DNA of 56,257 bases from a virus (lineage: Duplodnaviria > Caudoviricetes): the IMG/VR virus record IMGVR_UViG_3300027754_002235, positions 1-56,257 of that record; one strand, 5' to 3'. Shown here one piece after another: positions 1 through 7,338 of the stretch. Positions within the stretch are counted from its first letter, which is position 1. Every line of letters starts with the position of its first letter. Under the pieces are notes generated by a model. It saw only the letters and a program-made list of their open reading frames with translations. It was not told where the DNA came from and made no database searches. The translations under genes were made by a program, and so were the position numbers.

Positions 1-246
1 ATTACCCGCTACATATACAACTCTAGTACCACGTTTAGCATGACCTAATACTCTACGTACTACATTTGTGTGGCTTTGTTTCCATCGCCACTTGTTTTGT
101 TGTATACGCCATGCATCAATAATATCACCCACTAGATACAATGTGTCGCAACTATTATGCTTGAGAAAGTTATTAAGTTTATCTGCCTGACTGTCTCTTG
201 TACCAAGATGAACATCACTCACAAAGATAGAACGATATGTTTTCAT
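1..246 (-). CDS. PlcP/LpxH2-like metallophosphoesterase (UDP-2,3-diacylglucosamine hydrolase family), N-terminal part, runs off the window
   Basis: Not in the ORF track; translated by hand: MKTYRSIFVSDVHLGTRDSQADKLNNFLKHNSCDTLYLVGDIIDAWRIQQNKWRWKQSHTNVVRRVLGHAKRGTRVVYVAGN. Calcineurin-like motifs SDxHLG, LVGDIID and GN(H) are present. Confidence 0.85.
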   Translation of the reverse strand, partial: MKTYRSIFVSDVHLGTRDSQADKLNNFLKHNSCDTLYLVGDIIDAWRIQQNKWRWKQSHTNVVRRVLGHAKRGTRVVYVAGN

Positions 247-250
247 GTAG

Positions 251-257
251 TATTTAT
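251..257 (-). promoter_or_regulatory. T4-type late promoter-like motif ATAAATA
   Basis: Minus strand reads AATAAATA-CTAC-ATG, 4 nt before the start at 246. Confidence 0.55.
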
Positions 258-267
258 TTGAAAATAT

Positions 268-285
268 GTGACAAACTAGTGACAA
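268..285 (-). promoter_or_regulatory. Pho-box-like direct repeat (putative PhoB site)
   Basis: Minus strand TTGTCAC-TAGT-TTGTCAC: two 7-mers with an 11-nt period, each one mismatch from the CTGTCAY half site, about 20 nt upstream of the phosphoesterase start. Confidence 0.65.
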
Positions 286-294
286 TCTGCGTTG

Positions 295-408
295 CTATTT
301 TCTATCCTTTAACCAGTCACTAAACATCACACAGAATACAGCAACTAGCGGCATCATGCATAGGAAGAATACTAGATCATTTGTTGTAATAATTATATTA
401 AAATACAT
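295..408 (-). CDS. Small membrane peptide (37 aa)
   Basis: Hand translation MYFNIIITTNDLVFFLCMMPLVAVFCVMFSDWLKDRK*; one hydrophobic helix; starts 3 nt after the upstream stop codon. Confidence 0.6.
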   Translation of the reverse strand: MYFNIIITTNDLVFFLCMMPLVAVFCVMFSDWLKDRK

Positions 409-411
409 AGT

Positions 412-1029
412 TTATCCTCCACCAATCGCTTTGTCTCGTTCTTCACGCTCTTTTTTTGCTCTTTCCTGAGCCTGACGTCTGATTATTGCGGCTCTTTCTG
501 CGACTTTTCTTTCATATATTTTTTGTTCTTCTATTGCACCGTAAATACCAATACCTGCCATTACAAAACAAAATAAGAAAGCGGCAAATCCTATGAAGTA
601 CATAGCAAACATAAACTGGTCTGCTACTTTTTTCTTGTGTACTAGTATACGTTTTTCTTCTTCAAATTCAGCTTCTGCACGTTCTTTAAAAAGTCTAGTA
701 CGTTCTTCAATCATACGTGCCCATACTTCGGGCTTACCTAATGTCCAAAGAATCATATCTTTTAATTCACGTTCGGCTTGTCGTAATGCATCACTATGCA
801 TAGCAATTTGTAGAGCCTCGTGTCCGAGTTCTGCATCAGTCTTGCCAAGTTTACTACCTTTGGCTTTTACTTTTGATCTTTCACGGTGAATTGCGTCTGA
901 TGCTTCAAAAAACTTGCCAAATTGTCCTGCGAGGCTATTAACATCTTTACCTAGTGCGATTGCTTGTTTGATATAACTAACCGCAGATTGTGCGGCTGAG
1001 AATGCAAGACCAATAGTAATTGGATCCAT
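412..1029 (-). CDS. Hypothetical membrane protein with coiled coils
   Basis: 205-aa ORF; amphipathic N-terminus, one TM helix (FMFAMYFIGFAAFLFCFVMAGIGIYG), charged helical C-terminus; TAATG coupling to the upstream ORF. Confidence 0.8.
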   Translation of the reverse strand: MDPITIGLAFSAAQSAVSYIKQAIALGKDVNSLAGQFGKFFEASDAIHRERSKVKAKGSKLGKTDAELGHEALQIAMHSDALRQAERELKDMILWTLGKPEVWARMIEERTRLFKERAEAEFEEEKRILVHKKKVADQFMFAMYFIGFAAFLFCFVMAGIGIYGAIEEQKIYERKVAERAAIIRRQAQERAKKEREERDKAIGGG

Positions 1030-1211
1030 TATTTTTTCTTCTCAACTATTGTAGCGTCTTTATCCCGCCATTCTAAACATACCACCTTTCTAGCATAAAC
1101 GTCACCGGTCCATGCCCATCGTATACACTCCCACCGTGCCGCAGAGGATGGTATGATTACCGTAGCCATTATGGCTACGGTAGCGAGAATCTTTTTCATT
1201 TTTATTATCAT
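1029..1211 (-). CDS. Small secreted protein with two Cys (alternative start at 1199)
   Basis: Signal-peptide-like MKKILATVAIMATVIIPSSAA followed by WECIRWAW...VVCLEW. Confidence 0.7.
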   Translation of the reverse strand: MIIKMKKILATVAIMATVIIPSSAARWECIRWAWTGDVYARKVVCLEWRDKDATIVEKKK

Positions 1212-1248
1212 CCTCTGTAGATATATTTATCCACTATCTAGATGATAA
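1205..1248 (-). promoter_or_regulatory. Late promoter GATAAATA in the loop of an RBS-sequestering hairpin
   Basis: Minus strand TTATCATC-TAGATA-[GTGGATAAATA]-TATCTA-CAGAG-GATGATAA: 6+8 bp stem whose 3' arm carries the GAGG and the ATG at 1211. Confidence 0.6.
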
Positions 1249-1272
1249 ATGTTACGCTTTATAAATAGTAAT

Positions 1273-1827
1273 TCAGTTTAATTTGAATCTATCTTTAGGA
1301 CCCAGTATTCTTATGTCGTGATACATTGGATTTTTTACCGGTTTCCCTGTTTCATCACTGATATAAAAACTAATATTGTTTCCAGTCGCTAATGAATCCC
1401 ATAACTTAGATGCACCTTTAGTATGTTCATCTGTTACAAATACCCAAGGACCGCCTTGTAAAAAGCTAGAATAGGCCTGGGTACTTACTCCTTGACGTTG
1501 TGCTTCGGGTGCAAGTGCCATATGTGGTGTTACTGCTTTGACGCCCGGTTTTAATAGATTTTTAAACTTACGTGATTGCATTTGTATAGTGAATATACCT
1601 ACACAGTTGTCAGTCTTTTTATCATATAAATAGTAGTCGTGCATATCGCCGTCGCCAACAATATGTCCTTCAATATGTCTAACATTAAATTGTGTCATTG
1701 GTGTATTGACCAAATCCATATGTTTTTTGAATTTGTTACCGCGATTAATATGAGTAAGTATATTTACTGGTCCAACAATACGATATTCGTCAACAACTTC
1801 TTCGGTGATGATTTCTTTAATGTTCAT
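1273..1827 (-). CDS. GNAT-like acetyltransferase-fold protein, possible internal virion protein
   Basis: LAPEAQRQGVSTQAY resembles GNAT motif A, followed by DEHTKGASKLW; N-terminus MNIKEIITEE; late motif 4 nt before the ATG. Confidence 0.55.
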   Translation of the reverse strand: MNIKEIITEEVVDEYRIVGPVNILTHINRGNKFKKHMDLVNTPMTQFNVRHIEGHIVGDGDMHDYYLYDKKTDNCVGIFTIQMQSRKFKNLLKPGVKAVTPHMALAPEAQRQGVSTQAYSSFLQGGPWVFVTDEHTKGASKLWDSLATGNNISFYISDETGKPVKNPMYHDIRILGPKDRFKLN

Positions 1828-1831
1828 TTAG

Positions 1832-1838
1832 TATTTAT
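1832..1838 (-). promoter_or_regulatory. Late promoter-like motif ATAAATA
   Basis: Minus strand AATAAATA-CTAA-ATG(1827), immediately after a terminator. Confidence 0.65.
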
Positions 1839-1839
1839 T

Positions 1840-1866
1840 AAAAAGAATAGGGACCAAAGTCCCTAT
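1840..1866 (-). terminator. Rho-independent terminator
   Basis: Minus strand ATAGGGAC-TTTG-GTCCCTAT (8-bp perfect stem) followed by TCTTTTT. Confidence 0.8.
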
Positions 1867-1869
1867 CTG

Positions 1870-1922
1870 AATTTCTGTTACAAGGTATGTCTTACCTCAA
1901 GCGGCGTTTAGGCTGCTAATGC
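1870..1922 (-). ncRNA. Possible tmRNA 3' remnant (end of tag reading frame plus downstream hairpins)
   Basis: Minus strand GCA TTA GCA GCC TAA (ALAA*) with the stop codon in the loop of the imperfect hairpin AGCAGC-CTAAAC-GCCGCT, then hairpin AGGTA-AGACA-TACCT. No 5' part or tRNA-like domain is visible. Confidence 0.45.
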
Positions 1923-3181
1923 AGATTTAATAAATCGGTTGAAATTCGTGCTAAAACTGAATCCCATTCTTTAATTTGAGATTGTCTGTATAGTTTAACG
2001 GAATTATACCACGGCGTATATTCTTTGTCTATTAACCACCGCCAATCTGCTACAAAAGGTAATAATACCCAAGTTTGTTTACCAATTGCCCCTGATAGAT
2101 GTGCTGTACAAGTATCTACTGTTATAACAACATCCATTAATTCACATAAAGCAGAAGTATCGGAAAAATCTAAGATTTCATCACAAAAATGCTTAATATT
2201 ACTATTTGTCAATATGTCTAGGTCTACTTCTCGGATTTCTTTTTGCAAACATACATATTCACAAACGTCCGGTAAATAGCAAAGCAGTTGCTTTAATGTT
2301 AAACTACGGTTATTATCATTCTCATGGTTGGCGCTTCCGGACCAAACAATGCCAATACGAGGTTTAGTTTTTTTACCAAATCTATTACTCCAAAATTCTA
2401 ATTTTTCTGTTTCATTTGACAAATAAGGAGTTGGTTCAGGGATTGAATCAATCTCTGTTTTAAATGCTAAAGGTAAACTCATTAAAGGACAATGATAATC
2501 AAAGTGTGGTAAAATTGTATTTTCTTCTATCAATATATCTACCCCATCTAAACTTTCTAATAACTTCATAAGTGGTTTAGGCACTTGTAATAATACTTTT
2601 GCCCCCAAATTAGTAACAAGTTTTACATAACGACAAAACTGAATAGTATCACCGTATCCCTGTTCAGCATATAACAGTATAGTTTTATCTTTTATATTTG
2701 TTCTACCAAGCCAAAGCGGTTTATCATAGTCATATATGTTGCTTTTAAATTTTTCGTGTTTCCATCTCCACTCATATAAACCAAATCCTTTATATAATTC
2801 TCCAATTGATAATAACGCTATTGCTTTATTTAAATATGGTTCAAAACGTGATGGATCTGTATTAAAAGAAATAGCCATGTTAAAATTTGTAATAGCTATA
2901 TCAAATTGACCAAGCTCTAGAGAAATCCGTCCTATAGTAACATAAGCAGCCGAATCATATGGATTTATTTTAATAGCTTTTTTAATTAGGTCTAATCCTA
3001 GAGATAAATTACCGGTTTGTGTTTCAATAATACTTAACAAATGCAATGAATCAAAATGATCAGGATTAATAGTAAGAACTTTCTCATATATATATTTGGC
3101 AGAGGACAAATCTCCGTGTTCATGTAACGTTTGACCTTGTTTAAATAATTCAATAATATTTTCAAATTTAAATATATTCAC
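1916..3181 (-). CDS. TPR-repeat protein with C-terminal GT-B (GT9-like) glycosyltransferase domain
   Basis: N-terminal TPRs (YEKVLTINPDHFDSL, KAIKINPYDSAAY); YEWRW, AEQGYGDTIQFCRY, IGIVWSG, VITVDTCTAHLSGA, DWRW and TPWYNSVKLYRQ motifs. Confidence 0.85.
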   Translation of the reverse strand: MNIFKFENIIELFKQGQTLHEHGDLSSAKYIYEKVLTINPDHFDSLHLLSIIETQTGNLSLGLDLIKKAIKINPYDSAAYVTIGRISLELGQFDIAITNFNMAISFNTDPSRFEPYLNKAIALLSIGELYKGFGLYEWRWKHEKFKSNIYDYDKPLWLGRTNIKDKTILLYAEQGYGDTIQFCRYVKLVTNLGAKVLLQVPKPLMKLLESLDGVDILIEENTILPHFDYHCPLMSLPLAFKTEIDSIPEPTPYLSNETEKLEFWSNRFGKKTKPRIGIVWSGSANHENDNNRSLTLKQLLCYLPDVCEYVCLQKEIREVDLDILTNSNIKHFCDEILDFSDTSALCELMDVVITVDTCTAHLSGAIGKQTWVLLPFVADWRWLIDKEYTPWYNSVKLYRQSQIKEWDSVLARISTDLLNLH

Positions 3182-3221
3182 AGTGGTTTTCGTTATGTGT
3201 GGTATGTTCTTTTATAGAAAC

Positions 3222-3788
3222 TTAAATAGTTTCTATGTCAGGTAAAACATCGTTAATAGAAGAATTAACTGCTATTATTGTTTTGCGATTTGCAGTAAGA
3301 TTAATTGGTGAACGGTGTATAAGTAAACTAGGAAATGTGATAATATCTCCTTCTTGCACTTCATATTTAAATATTTTTCTAGTTATTGGATTAATAAATT
3401 CTGTTTCTACTGACCTGTCAGGCAATTCTAAGTAATATATACTTGATAAATTACATTTACCATGTCCATGCCATGGATGAGTATCATTTGTGTGATACTG
3501 TTGAAACCAAAATAAATCAATAGTATAGTTTTTGTAACCCAATGAACCATATATAACACCAAAATATTCTTCCCAACTAGATTTTATATGATTAAAATAA
3601 TGTCTTGGCATGCTTATTGGTAAATTCCAATCAGTTTTAGAAATACTTGTGCCGGGAAAATGTATATCAGATCGCACAATATCATCTATTAAAGATAAAG
3701 TTTTAATCTTGTGATTAATATGGTTAGGACACTGACCTATTAAAACATATGAAGATATGTCGTAGGCATTAATTTCTATTTCTTGCAT
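3222..3788 (-). CDS. Putative 2OG-Fe(II) oxygenase
   Basis: WFQQY...HPWHGH...SSIYY...EGDIITFPSLLIH...RKTIIAVN. Start moved to ATG 3788, right after the upstream stop at 3790. Confidence 0.8.
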   Translation of the reverse strand: MQEIEINAYDISSYVLIGQCPNHINHKIKTLSLIDDIVRSDIHFPGTSISKTDWNLPISMPRHYFNHIKSSWEEYFGVIYGSLGYKNYTIDLFWFQQYHTNDTHPWHGHGKCNLSSIYYLELPDRSVETEFINPITRKIFKYEVQEGDIITFPSLLIHRSPINLTANRKTIIAVNSSINDVLPDIETI

Positions 3789-3789
3789 A

Positions 3790-6700
3790 TTATACTTTAA
3801 TTGATTTTCTATTAAAATACTCTTGCAACCAAGGCCAATCATAGCTTAGTCGTAATTTGTCTAACTCACCATTGACTTGTTCAAAATATTCTATTGCATT
3901 TAATGCGCCTTGAATACTATATTGTGCAAACTCTCCCTCACCCACAGTTGACCATATTTTCAATCTATGTCTACTAATAGTACTATCATCTAATCGTAAC
4001 TTAATAGCTTCACGGAAACTAGTACGCCATGTACTAAATTCATCAATATTGTATTTTGCTACGCCTGAATTAATCTCTACAACTTCATGCTCACTATCTA
4101 ATGTAAAGTCTAGACCTTTACCCATATTACTCAAAGTAATTTGTTTGTTATACGCAATCATAGCTTGGTGACCATATACCAATCCGTTCACTGGGTTACT
4201 AGCATAGAAGATATAATGTTTAGGTATCTGTAATCTATCTGGTTGCCATGTCCAATCAAACTTGCTATTGACTTTTAACTTAGCAAATACAGTAAACATC
4301 CAAGATGTTTGACTTGCTTCTGCAGCCGCATGGTAGGCAGCAACACGACCATTGACCCCATCAACTCTAACAACACGATTTTTCAGTCCTTTAGTCACGT
4401 TCAGTAAGTGTTCGTAGTTCTCGTCAGCTCCGGCTTCACCGTTACTTAGGAAGACTATATCCAGCGGCTTTGACTGTCCCATCTTAGTTGATTTAGCAAT
4501 GTACGGATAATCATACAACTCTTTTTCAACATAATCGTTAGCTTCTTTGGGTACAACAATACGTGTGCCTCCCATATTTGTAATCAATATATTCTTAGAT
4601 TCTTTAGACCACATACTGATGGGTTCATCATTGTTGGTTGGTGCAATTAAATTATCACTTGTAGTAAACACAGCATACGGAAAATTATAACTATGCTTTT
4701 TGAAGTTCAAATGTGTATCTGCATCTGTTACAAAGCTAGGGGCGGCTAATCGTTTTACTCTCTGATGCTGATTAAAGTTAATCTTCTCAATATTTTCTAA
4801 CTTATCTAAATCTTCTACTAGAATACGTAGCTTATTTACATTGATAAAGAATGTATCTCCAAACTTTTGTAAGTCACTAGGGAATACATGTAATTGTTCC
4901 AATGAGAACGGATCACAAATATATGTAAAGTCAAATCTAGTGTAATCACATATTGAACTACATACCCAAATGTAGTGGTCTTTTTTGATACCTAACTCAT
5001 ACAACATGTTCTTCAATGTAGTTAAGTAATCATTTTCATATTTGATTGTATAAACATTCTCTCGTTTAGTTTTGCTTTCAATCAATGATACAATATCAGC
5101 TACTCCTTCATTACCGTAATCAATCAAGTACACATCATATAAACAATTACTTGCAAAAGCACGTTTTGTTTTCACAAAATTTAAATTGCGTAAATGTTCA
5201 ATAATTTTTACGTACTTTGTATCTTCGGCAAAGGTTTCTTTATTGACCATAAACGTACTACCCCAATGACTCCATTGAGTTCCAAACACATGAACCATTG
5301 TCATTTGCCATGGGTTAGGATAATAGTTAAAATCAAAACTAGTATAATCTAATTCGCTATTCAATATCCAGCATAGTTCTGTAGTAGATTTATTAATACA
5401 ACGATTGATAGTATCAACCCAACTGTTTAGATAACGTGTCTTAGTAATGTCAGGAAATTGTAGTTTTAAATATTCAAATCTAATAGCTGATTCTTTGTTA
5501 CCTTTATCAACAAAGAACACATTAGGTTTTTTAAATAAATTAGCTAATGTATAAGCATCAAGTTTCTCATCTTTAACCCAGTTAATTTCTTTATAACCGT
5601 TTGCCCACATATTAGCATTAACGAAATAAGTTTGCGTAGTTTCACTTTCACTTGAACCAAATGCATGTATATATTGTGCCTGTTGAATATTTGGTCTCCA
5701 ATTAAAATCAAAGTTACTGTAGTCAATTTTGCTATTTAATGCCCAAAATATTTCATCTTTATGTTGATTTACTAATGCTTTTAATGTTGTTTCAATGTAA
5801 TATTTAGGATAGTCAACAAATATGTCTTTTTTAACTTGCTCTAAGTTAACAATTTCTGTTGCTCCTTCTACCATATAACGTGGACCATTATTAGGATCTG
5901 CAATAGTACCAAACTGATAGATATAGGGCGGGCTAGTACTGTCAGGATGCCAGCTGAAATCAAATTTACTTTCATCAAATCCTATAGGTGTAATCCAATT
6001 TGTTTTGTCGGGGATACGTTTTGCTTTAAGTATATCCATGTATTTGATTGGTGTAGTTTCGTTACAGCCAGGTGCAGTAAACATGGGACCATTTGTTTTT
6101 TGCCATTGTGTTCCAAATTGATATATAAAAGGATTATCAGTAATATCAGGATGCCAACTAAAATCAAACTCACTAGTATCTAACCCTATAGGAATAGACC
6201 AGTGTGTCATATCTTGTTTTACCTTTGCTATAGGGTAATCTAAGTATTTTGTTTCAGATGAACCTTCTACTGTAAACTTTGGTCCGCCTGTCTTACTCCA
6301 TGTACTAGGGAATTGATAGATGTATGCTGGTTCTGTATCATCTGGATGCCAACTAAAATCAAATGATTTTTGATCTACATTTTTTGGAATCAACCAATTA
6401 GTAAATCTCCATGCTACTACTTGTGCTTTAACATCATCAATGTATTTTAATTCTGTTGCTCCGAGAACAGTATAGCGAGGTCCGCCCGTTTTTTGATGTA
6501 TAGTACCAAATTGATATACGTAAGGTGGGTCATGTGGATTAGGTTCCCAACTAAAATCAAAACTGTTTTTTATAACGTAAGGTGGTATTTCCCAGTTATC
6601 CATGCATGGTTTACGTTTAGCACGTTGTTCCATGTATTTGTATTCAGTCGCACCTTCAACAACATATTGTATAGATATTTTATCTTCAGGTTTATTCCAT

Positions 6701-7326
6701 TGATTGCCCCAAGCATAGATATAAGGTGGACTCCATGGGTCAGGGTGCCAAGAATAATCTATGCCATCACAATTTTCTAAATGCTCAAATCGTGTACTGT
6801 TAGGTGATAGCTTTGCTCTCATTGATATATCTTCAATGAATTTATATTCAGTTGCGCCAGGTACATGATACTCAACTGTTGGCATAATTTCAGCTAGATA
6901 TTGAGTATTACCAAATACATAAATATACGGTGGACTAGTTGGGTCTGGATGCCAATTAAAGTCAAAGCTAGATTTATCTATTTCATAATGTATCTTCCAA
7001 TAGTTTTGTGCATTTTTTCTAGGTATAGGTTCAACATCAGCACGATATATAATTATTTCACTATCTTGTTCTGAGCATAACCAAGTACCACTGTCTTTTT
7101 GATATGGACTAGGCCATACATTGTTATGTTCACTTGTCCAAACTTCTTCATCGGGTAAAAAATCAAAGTCCCAGTCCCAATCAAAATTTGTATAATCACA
7201 ATATTCATCAATTATCCAAAAATGTTCGGTGGTACATTGTTGTCTAGCGTCGGCTAAATCAATTGCATGTTTTTCTCTGGGGTGGGCGTTGGGTTTACTA
7301 CCGTAATAAAATACATCTCTAAGCAT
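3790..7326 (-). CDS. Large repeat protein with degenerate GT-A-like domains
   Basis: Six ~65-70 aa repeats FDFSWHPDxxxPxYIYQFG; C-terminal ~220 aa (DIVFLSNGE...RVDGVNG...AYHAAA...WRTSFREAIKL) parallels the whole ORF 18061-19014. Confidence 0.75.
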   Translation of the reverse strand: MLRDVFYYGSKPNAHPREKHAIDLADARQQCTTEHFWIIDEYCDYTNFDWDWDFDFLPDEEVWTSEHNNVWPSPYQKDSGTWLCSEQDSEIIIYRADVEPIPRKNAQNYWKIHYEIDKSSFDFNWHPDPTSPPYIYVFGNTQYLAEIMPTVEYHVPGATEYKFIEDISMRAKLSPNSTRFEHLENCDGIDYSWHPDPWSPPYIYAWGNQWNKPEDKISIQYVVEGATEYKYMEQRAKRKPCMDNWEIPPYVIKNSFDFSWEPNPHDPPYVYQFGTIHQKTGGPRYTVLGATELKYIDDVKAQVVAWRFTNWLIPKNVDQKSFDFSWHPDDTEPAYIYQFPSTWSKTGGPKFTVEGSSETKYLDYPIAKVKQDMTHWSIPIGLDTSEFDFSWHPDITDNPFIYQFGTQWQKTNGPMFTAPGCNETTPIKYMDILKAKRIPDKTNWITPIGFDESKFDFSWHPDSTSPPYIYQFGTIADPNNGPRYMVEGATEIVNLEQVKKDIFVDYPKYYIETTLKALVNQHKDEIFWALNSKIDYSNFDFNWRPNIQQAQYIHAFGSSESETTQTYFVNANMWANGYKEINWVKDEKLDAYTLANLFKKPNVFFVDKGNKESAIRFEYLKLQFPDITKTRYLNSWVDTINRCINKSTTELCWILNSELDYTSFDFNYYPNPWQMTMVHVFGTQWSHWGSTFMVNKETFAEDTKYVKIIEHLRNLNFVKTKRAFASNCLYDVYLIDYGNEGVADIVSLIESKTKRENVYTIKYENDYLTTLKNMLYELGIKKDHYIWVCSSICDYTRFDFTYICDPFSLEQLHVFPSDLQKFGDTFFINVNKLRILVEDLDKLENIEKINFNQHQRVKRLAAPSFVTDADTHLNFKKHSYNFPYAVFTTSDNLIAPTNNDEPISMWSKESKNILITNMGGTRIVVPKEANDYVEKELYDYPYIAKSTKMGQSKPLDIVFLSNGEAGADENYEHLLNVTKGLKNRVVRVDGVNGRVAAYHAAAEASQTSWMFTVFAKLKVNSKFDWTWQPDRLQIPKHYIFYASNPVNGLVYGHQAMIAYNKQITLSNMGKGLDFTLDSEHEVVEINSGVAKYNIDEFSTWRTSFREAIKLRLDDSTISRHRLKIWSTVGEGEFAQYSIQGALNAIEYFEQVNGELDKLRLSYDWPWLQEYFNRKSIKV
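5830..7000 (-). repeat. Coding tandem repeats with a ~195-210 bp period
   Basis: CCAACTAAAATCAAA recurs exactly at 6154, 6349 and 6547 (spacing 195 and 198 nt), matching the FDFSW protein repeat. Confidence 0.8.
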
Positions 7327-7331
7327 TACTA

Positions 7332-7338
7332 TACTTAT
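7332..7338 (-). promoter_or_regulatory. Late promoter variant ATAAGTA
   Basis: Minus strand CATAAGTA-TAGTA-ATG(7326), overlapping the upstream stop codon. Confidence 0.45.

Noticed and set aside
6154-6561. Exact 15-nt repeats as a possible CRISPR array or DGR repeat pair
   Set aside because: Spacing is 195-198 nt, in frame, and explained by the protein repeat; no cas or reverse transcriptase gene is present.
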